From positions 206,398,001-206,462,000 of the forward strand of contig NC_042997.1 of NCBI RefSeq assembly GCF_006345805.1: DNA of 64,000 nucleotides, given 5' to 3'. The notes below the pieces were generated by a model. It worked only from the letters and a program-made list of their open reading frames with translations. It ran no database searches and was not told where the DNA came from. This DNA is from Octopus sinensis. Taxonomy: Eukaryota. How positions within the stretch are numbered: the first letter of the stretch is position 1; every line of letters starts with the position of its first letter. The translations under genes and the position numbers were made by a program. Below, piece after piece: positions 11,010 through 24,100 of the stretch.

Positions 11010-12530
11010 ACATTTCCTACTAATGATTCTTCAAAGAGAAATTTCTTGAAATAAGTGTTTTATTTTCTTATGTCCAAAAATGTTGAACCAAGAGTTATAG
11101 AGTGCTGGATACCATCACCTTCATTGGTTCCCAGATATTTGTATACTTCAGTTTGGTCTAGGTTTCAAATAGCACTGGTAATATCAAGTTCTATGTTTTC
11201 TGCCCTTATGAACTTCCCTGCCTTGACAGTAGCCTTGGCACATTTATCAAGTCCGAATTCCATGCCTATATCAGAGCTGAATTCCTTGACAATATTCAGG
11301 AGCTCTTCTAATTCTTTGTTGTTTTTGGCAGTTTTAGATCATCCATATAGAGCTGCTGATTAATTTTCTGGTCAAACATCTTACATCCTCTCTTAGCATT
11401 ATTCACTTGCGTGGATAAAGGGAACAGAGCGAGGCAGAAGAGTAATGGTGAAAGATACCACAGGTGATATTGATGTCTGGTGAGGTGGTATATCCTTGTA
11501 TTTGGTTTAAAATGAAGCTGGTTCTCCACAAATTCATGATTATTTTTAAAAAGTTCACAATTGTTGGAGCTGTCTTGTAAACTTCCAGGGCCTTGATGAT
11601 TCATGCATGGGGGACACTGTCACAAGCCTTCTTGCAATCTATCCAAGTGGTGCTAAGGTTTCTGCATTTGGATTTGCAATTTTCAATGACCATTTCATCA
11701 ATCATTAATTGGTCCTTACATCCATATGAACTCCTTTTACATCCCTTTTGTTGTGCCACTGGGAGTAACTTCCAAGAATTCATATGCTCTATTCACTATC
11801 ATAGATGATAACAGTTTATATATGGTGGTGAGGCATGGTATGGGTTGGTATTTTGCGGGGTTAGTAGTTTCTTCTGTTTTTGGTAAGAGATATGTAATCC
11901 CTTCTGTGAGTCACTTTGGGGTTTTTGCAGGGTTGGACATGACTCCATTGAATGCTAGGGCTAAGTTGTGGTGGGTGCTCGTTAAAGAATTTAGCCAAAA
12001 ATTGGGAATCTTATCAATACCTGGACATTTCCATTTCTTTGATTTGGCGAGCACCACTTTCACTTCTACAATTGTTATATCCTGCCATTCTTGATATTTG
12101 CAGTGGGCATTGGCCTCTTCTATGTCCCTGACCTAATGTGCTTTCTGATAAAACTCCTTTGGATTACTTCAAATGTTTTTCCAAACATCTTCAGTTTGCT
12201 GCTGGGAAAGAGATGTTTTCACTATAATGGTATTTTTCTCCAGTTCCCTGTAGAATTTATTTGTGTTCTACTTGAATAGAATGTTTTGTCTATGGAATGA
12301 TAAGCATTTTTTGTCATTTGGTTTTTAATTGTAGTTTTTATTTTGAGGATTTCAATCTGTGTATCCTTTGTTTTCTTGTAAAGGTCATGTTTAGCAATTA
12401 TTCTTATTAGTTGGTTGGGTTTATTAGTTTCCCCTTTGCTTGCTTCAAGTAGAAAAGAATACATCTGCTCTTAGTGGGATTATTTACTGGTTTAACTTTC
12501 CATCCATGCAGGCTGTTTGTATACATTGCA
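11010..12530 (-). mobile_element. R4/Dong-like (RLE-type) non-LTR retrotransposon fragment, RT region
   Basis: GCKDQLMID, WIDCKKACDSVPH, LSPLLFCLAL, LYMDDLKL; abuts (ATT)(ACT)(GCT) triplet array. Confidence 0.8.
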
Positions 12531-12856
12531 CTTATTATTACTACTACTACTGCTGCTGCTGCTGTTGTTGTGAGGTGGTGAGCTGGTACAATCATCAGCA
12601 AATTGGGTGAAATGTTTAGCTGCATTTCATCAGTCTGAGTTGCACCTTTTCAGGGTCTACAAAATGAGAACCAGTTGAAAACTGGAGTCAATAAAATCAA
12701 CTTTTGGTGCCTCTTGAAATTGATGGCCCTGTGCCAAAATTTCCAACCGATATTACTGTCTATATGGAATAAAGTGGTTCTTTAAATACAGAGAAGAACG
12801 TTTGATTAAAAATTAGAAATAAAACAAAGCGCATAAAGAATTTTGTTTATTTTCAG

Positions 12857-12993
12857 ACACTGCATCGTCAAACGTATCCCTTCCTGGCTCACAACAGGAA
12901 CCATCCTCTATGACACCCAGAACTAATGAGACATCCAGAGAATATGATGACATTGAAATAAACCTAACAATTGGTTCAATTTCTAATGTATCT
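12857..12993 (+). CDS. PARP14: Exon A (module 1): Ser/Thr-rich linker plus first macrodomain strand, (D)[45 protein letters not shown]
   Basis: ttttcag|AC acceptor, TCT|gtgagt donor, 137 nt, phase 1 to 0. Confidence 0.85.
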
Positions 12994-15900
12994 GTGAGTA
13001 AAAAGATTCATGTAACTTATTTATATTTAATTGTTATTTCATTTCCAAATGAGAAATCATTACAGTTAATTAAAACATTTTCTCAATCTAACTCAAACAT
13101 TTTATTTCCTTCACATCTGATATCTTGAGTATATCTTTTGCTAACTTTGACAACCTCAAACTTACTACAGCCATTCTGTAGAGCCTTTCTTAACAACAAT
13201 ATCAACTGCAACATTGTATCTCTTTTCTCTCCATGGACTGTTCCTTAGTTGTTTACCATTAATTACTTTTGTAGGTTGATGTCATCGTTAACAGCACCAA
13301 TGAAGAACTCCAGCTTGACAGTGGTGCTATCTCCAAATATATTCTCTTTGCTGCTGGTCCACAGATACAAGATGAATGTAGCCAGAAATATCCTCAAGGT
13401 ATTTCTACATCTAAAATATCCATCACTAAAGGATATAACCTCAAATGTAAGAATGTATTTCATCTGGCATTACCTCCCTGGGATGAAAATTCCTCTGATT
13501 CAGTAAGTATCAATCATATGATATTGATTTATTGAAACAGTTAATGTTTGAAGAGAACCTTATGCATGTTGTGTGAGAATCATAAAGCAAATGTCAGCAT
13601 CCTGTTTAATATTTGTTCTTCCAAGTTACCATTGGAAGGAAGCAGAAGATATCGATGAACAGGACACTTTTATATATAAATAGAAGGAAAAAAGCCTCAT
13701 GGCCTAACAACAGTTATTTGACTGATAAATAAGACTATATTAAAACATATTTCTCTGTTTTACTGTCTGTATTGGTGAGTTTTTCTCTGTCATGGCACGA
13801 GCACTAGAGAGGTTGTCATGTCCTCGACAACACTAAAGACTCCTCTTGGGTCTGCATTGTCTCTCTTCATTCACCAACCATTTTACATGGTGGATTGGGT
13901 CTGTTTTATTGTAGCAGCATCATGAGTGAGGTTGCCTTGTCCCTTGCAGGACTAAAGAGTGATAGGAATGACAGTTGTGTTTAGAAGTGGTAGGAGTGAG
14001 AGGAGTTGTGAGAGGAGGATATATTTATTACAACTTAATGGTTTCTTCCTGTAATAAGAAAATAATTTAATAAAATGTTCATTATCAATTACTAAACAAT
14101 TAATTTTTTTAGATTCTGGCAAACTTGACTCAAATAATAACCATTTGTCTGGAAGAAGCTGAGAGAATGGGTGCAAAAAGCCTGGCATTTCCTATATTAG
14201 GGGCTGAAATGAAATACCCCATTGAAAAATTACCTGGAATTATGTATGAAGCAGTGAAAAACTATGCAGATCTAAATTCAAGCCAGATCAAAGATCTTTA
14301 CTTTGTGATTTGTCCTCAAGACACAGAAATAGCAAAGGTTGGTTGATGTTTTTGTTGTTTGTTGTTTGATGTTCATCATCATCATTTAACATCCACTTTC
14401 CATACTGGCATGGGTTGGACGGTTTGATTGAGGGCAGGCAAGCCAGAAGGCTGCACCAGGCTTCAATCCAATCTGGCAATGTTTCTACAGCTGGATGCCG
14501 TTCCTAATGCCAACCACTCCGACAATGTAGTGGGTGCTTTTCAAATGCCACCAGCACAAGGGCCAGTGAAGTGGTACTGGCTTTAACCATGCTCAAATGA
14601 TGCTTTTTACATGCCACTGGCACAGGAACCAGTCAGGTGGCACTGGCAACAATCACGCTTGAATGGTGCTTTTAATGTACCACAGGCATGGGTGCCAATC
14701 AGGAAGTACTGTTATTGGCCACGACAATGACTTCACTTGTCTCAACAGGTCTTTGCAAGTGCAGTTTATTGCCCAATGATTGAAGGGTACTCTTAAATGG
14801 GCTGGTTATGCTACACTGGCAGATGCCATGGGTTATGATCTCACTTGGCTTGCCGGGTCTTCTCAAGCACAGCATATCTCCAAAAGTCTCGGTCACTTAT
14901 CATTGCCTCAGTAAAACCCAATGTTCGAAGGTCGTGCTTCATCACCTCATCCCAGGTCTTCCCTCTACTGCCAGGTTCTCTCTGCTGCTAGGGTATGACA
15001 CTTTTTCACACAGCTGTACAGCAGCTGTCCTCATCCTTACTCACCACATAACCATACCAGTGCTGTCATCTCTCTTGCACATCACATCTGATGCTTCTTA
15101 AATCCAACTTTTCTTTCAGGGCGCTTACACTCTGTTGTGTATGCACACTGACATTACACATCCAGTGAATCATACTGGCTTCATTCCTTGCAAGCTTACG
15201 CATATCCTCAACAGCCATGGCCCATGTTTCGCTACCATGCAGCATGGCTGTTCGTACACATGCGTCATGCAGTCTACCTTTACCTCCGAGCGAGAGGCCC
15301 TTTGCCACCAGCAGAGGTAAGAGCTCTCTGAACTTCGCCCAAGCTGTTCTTATTCTAGCCGCTACACTTTCAGCACACCCTCCCCCACTACTGACTTGGT
15401 CACCTAGGTAACAGAAGCTATCAACTACTTCTAGTTTTTCTGCCTGGAATGTGACAGAAGCTATTTTCTGCACATTTACTGTGTTTATTGCCACACACAA
15501 AATCTATCTTCCTAGTTTGCCTTCCTTTGATATTGCTGCACCTCTTATGCATCCATAGCTTACACTGGGTACATCTTACAGAGTTTCTACCTACACCTTT
15601 TCTACACATCAAGCAGGGCCATCTAGCTGAAGTAATTTGTGATTTGTCTGACTTCCTATTTACTAGGACTTTGGTTTTTGCTAGGTTGATTCAAATTCGA
15701 TGACTGGCGTCCGTGCTGGCAGGGTGCAAAGAGCACCATACGAGTATGATCATTGACAAAGCAGGTAACCGGCTTCCGTGCCAGTGGCACTTAAAGGGCA
15801 CCATTCGAGCGTGATCGTTACCAGCGTCGCCTTACTGGCACTGCCCGTGCTAGTAGGGTGCTAAGAGCACCATCCGAGTGTGGTCGTTGTCAGAGCAGCC

Positions 15901-16163
15901 AATTGTCACCTGTGCTGGTGGCATGTGTAAATGGATTCATGCGAGCTGAAGACAGCCTTTTAAAATTTGGAAATTTCACCACAGAGGGATAATTTCCTAT
16001 GAAAATATTCAGCAATCCTGAATGTGTAAGTTGTTAGACAACTTTTGCATAAAAAATATTTTACAATACAAACTTTTTAAAGCACTAAATAGCCAACTTA
16101 CGTGTAGCCAATTTCACTAATGTCTGTCCATCAGCTAGATAGATAGATTAGATAGATAGATAA

Positions 16164-16196
<33 letters not shown>

Positions 16197-19100
16197 TATC
16201 TTTTTATTATGGCCACACAGGGCTAAACACAGAATGTGGACAAAATACAATGTAGAGTTTTTCTTTTCAAGGTGGAGTGGGTGGGACACACAAAGTAAAA
16301 GTCAAATCAATAGGGATTGAAATCTTTGGTCTGTGTGGTGTACAAAAAAATATAAAGTTCCCCCAAAAAGGAGAATAGATATTGTTCACAGTTTAGGTGT
16401 ATCCTTGGAGAGAAAAACCTACAAAAATGACCGAGGTCACCTCAGGCAGCTTATAAAAAGTACAAGAAAGCAAGTACTTTTTCTCTCTTTTTGTGATACG
16501 TTTATGCTTAAAATGGTATTGTCTTTCGTACTTACTATTCTTGCCACATTTACCCATTTTTTATTGAAACATTCATTTGATAACACTTTCCTCTCTATTC
16601 TCATCCTCCTTTTCAAGTGGTACTTGAAAACGTTTATGAGAGACTGGCCAGAGAGGAAAGTGTTTGTTTGTAAACCTTTTAAACGCGCCCACCACCTGCA
16701 TTCTTTTGCCATAGCTACAGTGTTTCGAAAACTATTTTTCCTTCCTGTTTAAAGGAAGGTGGCAGGATAATATTCATGATTGATTCGGTTGATGGCCCAT
16801 CCCATACATGACAACAACCATTCAGTGAAGGTCCACAGCTCTGAAATAGCTGGACACTGTGCGAGTGAGTGCAGAACAGTTTCATCACTCTGACCGCATC
16901 TCGGGCAGGTCGGTCCTTGTGGTTTTCGAACCATGTTTGTAGATCTTCTCTCGAACTGGTAGTGCATCCTGATAGCATTGCCAAGTCAGGGATCTCTGGA
17001 AGTTATCCATAGGTCTCGGTCCAAATGTCGTCCTGAGAAGGCGGGTTAGGAATTTCTTGTCGACACCCAGGTTTGTACCAAGAGTAGTTCTCTATAGAAT
17101 GCATTGGTCGTTTCGAAGCTGCACAAGTTTGATCGCAGACGGTAGAGCTGCTGTAGAGCTTGGCACTACTCGCAGTGCCATTCACCTAATTTCAGTCTCT
17201 TTTTCATCCATGTTTGCAGTCCAGTGAGTGAGACGAGTTGCAAGAAGGCACGCCTCACAAATGGCACCCACACCTGTTCACTGTCATCAATGAAGTTCCA
17301 GAGATGCCGCAGTGTCAGCGCATGTCTGCGCATCATCATCTATGGCATCCCCAGTCCCCCATTTAACGGATGTTGACAGCAAATAGATCGCCTCACCATC
17401 GGAATGCTACCCTTCCACAGAAATCAAAAGAGTATGCGTTCTAGTTTCATGACGGTCAGGCGATAATCGATGACTGAGGCAATTTGCCACCTCCGCCCGA
17501 TCTTTTAGAGATAGCTTTCTCACAGCCCATGTTTGGCTGAGAGTGACCACTCTACTCGTGATCTCATCCCAGCAGTTCTTATCCATTTGGTGATCCGGAC
17601 CGAACCAGACCCCAAGCAATTCAACTGGTCCGTTCATCCAGCATCCCCCTACAGAGTCACTCTTGGACAGTATGGGCTTCCTTCTCCAGTTGCCGAGTAG
17701 CAAGCCCACTGACTTTTCCGGGTTATTTTTTGCTCCCATCACCGTTTCGCCTAGCAGCTCGATGCGCTTTTGGCTCAACACTATGACAATGGCATCAACT
17801 GCATATGCCGACATGCTCATCCTGCAACACAACTCTCGTGGAATACCCCTCAGTGTCGCTAGCTTCCACAATAGTGGCTCGAGAACCAATACATAGAGAA
17901 GTGCCAATAGGGGACATCCCTGACGGGCAAAATGCATGATGTCAAAAGGTTTTGAAAGGTGACCGTTTACCTGAATTATCAATTGGATGCTGCTATACAA
18001 GGCAGTGATCCAACTGCAGAAGACGGGACCAAAGCCAGCTGCTCTGAGAACAGCTTCTAGGTATTGGTGGTCGACCCTATCGAAAGCTTTAGATTGATCC
18101 AAATTGATCAGCGCCCCACCCATACCAGGATCCTTAATTACCCTGTCCATGATGTAGTGCATGAGGTGGAGGTTGTCATGGATGGTTCTGCCCAGCACGG
18201 TGCATGTTTGTGCCCTGTTGACCAGTTTATCGATGACAAGCAACAACCTCTCGGCTATTACTTTGGCCAAAATTTTCAATGCGTTGAGCAGACTGATGGG
18301 CCTGAAATTATCTATAAAATTCCCCTTGTTTATGTCTTTCTTCAGTAATGTCACTGCACCTCGGCTCACGAAACTGGGGATTCTTCCGTTTTGTTGCCAG
18401 TTGCAGAAGACTGATGCCATGAGGTCACCAAATAAGTCTGGCATTTGACAATACAGCTTGTAGGGTAGACTGTCCAATCCAGGCAACTTATCTCTTGCAC
18501 AACCCACCATCGCATCAGTAGCTGTGATGAGACCCTCACAACACTCAGCTTCTCTTGCCGAGAGCCGCCGCAGGCTGGTCAGGTAGGCACTGAATTCCAT
18601 CCTGCATTCCGACCCACCACTCACCAAATAGTCGAGCAAGGTGATGTTGAAAGGCCTCACACATCCTTTCAGGTTCAAGTAAATTGCATCCCCATTGATC
18701 TATTAGAGACCAAATGGTGGCTTTGTTGCCACGTTGCACCTCTGCTACACGGGCTTCTTCAACAGCTTCAATCCCTTCATTTTTTAAGGCACACATTTTA
18801 GATCTGATGACCCAACCTTCGTGTTTGGTGTTGAGCTGTTGGTCGAGGGCCAACTTTGCAGCCAATATGTTGGTTGTGTTGCGAGTTGAAAGTGCCTCTT
18901 CTAGTTTCTTAACTAAGTCTCCCTCTACTCTATTTCGATCTATGGCTAATTCTTTGCTAAACCTGATTTAATTGCCGTTTTTAGGGCAAACCACCAGAGG
19001 TTGTTAATAATGGCTCCTGTTAATGCCCTCTTAATTAACTTGCTAATCCAGTTCCTGTAAATCTGCAGCACTTAGAGTGACGCGTTCAGTTTCCAGTAAC

Positions 19101-21139
19101 CAGGACCCTGCCTATGAGTCTTATCTAAGTTGTGCGTACACATCACAAATTTGTGATCTTTGTAGCTGACTATTTTAAATTGTGGACATCCTACGCTCTC
19201 TCTATCTGCTGTTCTACATAGAACTCTATCTAAGTACGATCTCGACAATCCGATGCGGTTTGTCCAAGTCCACATTGGCATATTCGGATGGTCAAGTCGG
19301 AACCTGTCAGACAGATGAAAATGTCTGAGCAGGTCTTTGAGGCACTTACATCCCCTTCTATTCCTATCCATTCCTACAAAGTCTAGATGCATGTCCAAGG
19401 TAGCGTTCCAGTCCCCTACTAACAGTAAAGGTTGAGACATTCCCAGGAAAACCTCTAGACGTCTGAAGAAATCCGCCCGACCCGTTAAGGACAGTGCATA
19501 CACTGCCATCAGATGGAAAGCACACTCATTTCTGCCATCGACGTCCAAGACAACCAGCCTACCCTCCGGGTCTAGGAATATTGACCTTACTTTTATGCTT
19601 AGACTCTTCTGAAAAAGCACTGTGGTACAACCACCACCCATGTTTGGCCGAGAGGGAGAAAAATAAATGTTGAATTGTCCATCAAACATGGACGAGAGGG
19701 CCCTCAGGTTACTGAGTCTGGTTTCACTGATAGCTACTATATCAATGTTCAGTGACTTGATGTTATTTAGAAGATAACCTTGTTTCCAAGCTGATGCAAA
19801 GCCATATACATTTACACAACCTAATTTAAGCATAATTTAGTCAAAAGTTGTGTTTTATACACAATAGTAAAGAGATGAGAGAGAAGGTTACATACTCATT
19901 TTGAAAGTTTTACATTCCTCCTCCTTTGAAGTGTCTTGGAGGAGGTTTTTTAAATAATTTTTTGGATAAAAAGTTTTGGAATCCTCAATAATGTTAGTTA
20001 ATGGTGTAGTGGCATTGCTTGGAGTATTTGGCTTAGCAACCATGGTGCTCTTTTTGTTGTTGGTGGTGGTGGTAATGTTTGTAGTGGTGATAGTAGAAAC
20101 AGTGGATGGTATATTTTTATTAATAGTATTAATATCTTCACCAGTAATAGGTGAGATAATCAGTTTATGGGAATCAATAGGCACAATTGTAGTGATAGTA
20201 TTGTTGTTGTTGTTGTTGCTGTAACAGTGCTTACTTTAGCGTGTGTGTGTGAAAGATTCGTTCTTTTTTTCTTTCATCATTCCCAGGCTAGGAAAATGTT
20301 CATTCATGAAGGATACCAACCAGCGCTCCACAATCAAATTTCTCAACATTTTCAAAATCAAGAAAGAAGATCGGATATTAAAGTAGTGCTGAAACTGCCC
20401 CTAGGGGCCAATTCTACCCTTAAAAATACCCAAATAAAAGCTGGGTGCTTCACACACCTCCAATGCAATAATGTAAACAAAGCTTGTTCAATGAAAAATG
20501 CAGACGACACAAAAATGTCAGATGACAGATAGATTTCTCGACATTTATAAAACTTGAGAAAGCAAATTAGATATTAAAATAGGGCTGAAATTGCCCCTAG
20601 GGGAAAATTTCCCCTTGGAAACACACCCAGATGAAAGCTGGGTGCCTTGCACATCTCATGTACGGAAATGTAAACAAAACTTATTCAATAAACGGTAGAA
20701 AAAAGCGATAACCTTGTAGCATAGCTCTGTGATATCCTCACTGTTTGAGAGAAATCATAGAAATGGTGTCGTGTTAGATAGCAGCCAGCCAATGGCTGCT
20801 TGGGACTGTTTGTGTCCGCTGCTCTAATTGGTTGACTTACACACTGGCGCGAAATCAAACTTCACCAAAACCAACCAATCAGGGAAGCGGACACAACTGG
20901 TCCAAGCAGCCGTAGGATGGCTGCTATCTAACACAACATCATTTCTATGATTTCTCTCAAACAGTGAGGATATCACAGAGCTACACTACAACCTTAAAAG
21001 CTGATACAACAACACATAGATGGATGAATGGATGGATGGACAGACAGACGGAAAGACGGACAGACAGACAGACAGACAAATAGCTAGACTGATAGATAGA
21101 TAGATAGATAGATAGACAGACAGACAAATAGATAGACAA

Positions 21140-21177
<38 letters not shown>

Positions 21178-24100
21178 GGATTCAATTGGCCAAACAGGGC
21201 TCAACACAGAGGAAACAATACAATGTAGAATTTTTCTTTTGCGAAATTGATGAAAAGAGACTGAAAAAAGAACACATTTGGGGGTATGTGCACAAATAGA
21301 TAACAAGGTGGCATCTTTTCTTAACAATTTGAATTCCCAACAGGGGGACTACAGTTATCCATGGAAAGAAAATCCTATGAAAAATAACCATGGTAACCTC
21401 AGCAAAAGGAAAATTTCTATGAGAGCAAATTGCCCTCTCTCTCTCTTTGTTTTACAAGTTAAGGCTCAAACTGGTTGGTTCCGTCATTCATGCGTACCTT
21501 TTTGCTACATTCACCCACCTTTTATTAAATCTTTCATTAGACAAATTTCCCTCTCTACTCTTACTTTCCTTTTTTTTCAACTAATACCTGAAACAGTTGA
21601 TGAGAGATTGGCCAGAGAGGAAAGTGTTTGTTTCTAAACCTTTCAAACGAGTCCACCACACACATTCTTTCACCATAGCCACCAATACGATGAAAACTGC
21701 CTTGCCCACCCAGTTAAAGAAAGGTGGCAGAGCAATATTCAGGATAGACTCAGCTGACAAATATGTGGACACTGTATGAGTGTGTTCAGAACAGTTTCAT
21801 CATTCTGACCGCATCTCAGGCAGGTCAGTTCGGTGTTTCTTGAACCGTGTCTGTAGACCTTCTCTCAAACAAGCAATGCTTCCTGGTAGCACTGCCAGGC
21901 CAACAATCTCTGGAAATTGTCCATAGGTCCTGGCCTGAAAGTGGTCCTGAAGAAACAGGTCAGGTGTTCCCTGTCGATGTCCAGATTCTCCCCAAGCACA
22001 TCATAGTACCTCCCCTCCACTAGTCCTCTAAAGAACACCTGAGTGGATTTGAAGTTATTTATACCTGAACCTGGACAGCAAAGCTGTTCCGGAGCTAGGT
22101 GACACCCACGATGCCATTTGCCCAGTCTCAGTTTCTGCTTGATCAATGATGAAAGAGACGAGCTGCAGGAAGATATGTCTCACAAACGGTGACCACACCT
22201 GGTCACCATTGTCAATTAAACACTGGAAATGTTGCAGTTTCAGCACATGTCTGTACATTATTAACCATGGCATACCCAGCTCTCCATTTAGCAGGTGCTG
22301 ACAGTAAATGGATCACTTGACCATAGAAACATTTCCCTTCCGCAGAAAGTGGAAGAGTATACATTCCATTTTCATGCTGGTAGCATCAGGACAAGGTAAG
22401 ATGGTCAGACAGCAGTAGATGACTGATGTGATGTACACATTTTCCTCCTCAGCCCGACCTTTTAGAGATAGCTTCATCTCAGCCCATAGCTGGGTGAGAT
22501 CGACCACTCTTCTCATTATCTCATCCCAGTTCTCCATTTGAAGTTCAGGACCAAACCAAACACCAAGCAATTTAACTGGTTCATCAGTCAAGCGTCTCAT
22601 GGTGAAGACACTGCTGGATGGCAATGGTTTGCTTCTCCAGGTGCTGAGACCCAAACCCACTGACTTAACCTGGTTAATTGTATCTCCTATTACTGATTCG
22701 TACTCCCTTAGTGTCTCGCCAACCAAGTCAATAGGTCTAAGGCTTGACAGTATTGACAGTGACATCTACATATGCAAACATACTCATCCTGCATCCCAGT
22801 TCTCGTGGGATGCCCTTCAGTATCACCAGCTTCCACAGTAGTGGCTCAAGAGTCAATACATACAGAAGTGACAAGAGGGGACATCCCTGATAAACCGAAA
22901 ACATAATGTCAAAGGGTTTGGACAGATGGCCATTCACTTGAACTACTGAGTGGATGCTGCTGTATAAAGCAGCAATCTAACCACGGATGACAGAACTGAA
23001 ACCAGCTGCCTTGAGAACAGCCACCAAGTATCAATGGCTGAGCCTATTGAAAACTTTTGATTGATCCAAATTGATCAGTGCCCCACCCATGCCAGTTTCC
23101 ATAACTACCCTGTCTGTGATGTAGCGCACGAGTGGAGGTTATCATGGATGCTTTTGCCTGGCATGGTGCATGTTTGTGCCTTGTTGACCAGTTTCTCCAT
23201 GACAAATGCCAACCTCTTGGCTTGCACTTTGGCCAAAATTTTCAAATCTGCATTGAACAGAGTGATGGACCTGAAATTATGTATAACATCCCCCTTGTTT
23301 GGGTCTTTCTTTAGCAGTGTCACTGCTCCTCAGTTCACAAAACTCAGGGTACTCCCATTTTGCTGCCAATTGCAGTAGAGATCCCCAAACAAGTCTGGCA
23401 TATGACAATAAAGAATGTAGTGACAACCATACGTAAAGGAGATGGTGACAGAAATGTCTCTTTTTAAATGATGCACGGTCACCTTAAAGGCGACGGTGGT
23501 GGAAAACCTCCTGAGATACTGCATGTTGGTGTCATCACAAGAACGTGGCTGAAGTCGCTGGAACTGGTTGAGTCGTGGGAACTGGCTGGTCTGGTTGTAG
23601 TCAGTGGTTGAAGACCAAAGACGAGATATAGTGAATTGATGACGTCTTTTAAAGCAAGAGTGAAAACCCAAAAGACTGTGTCATGGGACCCTATCCAAAG
23701 GCCGTGATTGGTTGGTTTACACACTGGCACGAAATAAGACTGCATCAAAACCAACCAATCAGGGCAGTGGACACAACCAGTTCCATGTAGCCGTAGGCTG
23801 GCTGCTATCTAACACGACATCATTTCTATGATCTCTCTCAAACAGTGAGGATATCACCGAGCCATGCTACAAGCATGTAGGGCAGACCACCCAAGCCCAC
23901 CAACATGTCTCTCACGCAGCCTGCCATCAAATTCTGTACATCAGCAGCTGTGATGAAACCTTCACAACACTCTGCTTCTCTTTCCGAGAGTTGTGGCAGG
24001 ACATGCAGATAGGCACTAAAGTCTATACTGTGTTATGACTCACCACATATCCCAAACAGTCAGGTAAAGTACTGCTGAAAGGCATCACACATTTTACTGG

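Larger units (their letters stand above)
12585..15689 (+). repeat. Intragenic segmental duplication, copy 1 (exons A-C plus introns plus RTE)
   Basis: Collinear with 30928-34015 at constant offset 18343 through exon C; about 98% identity to about 14.9 kb, then about 85%. Confidence 0.95.

Noticed and set aside
12654-12790. Possible extra exon after ttttcag upstream of exon A
   Set aside because: No good donor; the only open frame has a stop (TAA) in the paralogous copy
13263-13463. Minus-strand ORF conserved in both duplicates (also 31606-31806)
   Set aside because: Antisense shadow of macrodomain exon B; conservation follows from the duplication
17407-19833. Intact active reverse transcriptase gene
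   Set aside because: ORF2 is broken by several stops and frameshifts and the YADD motif is altered (YAVD); treated as a decayed Tx1
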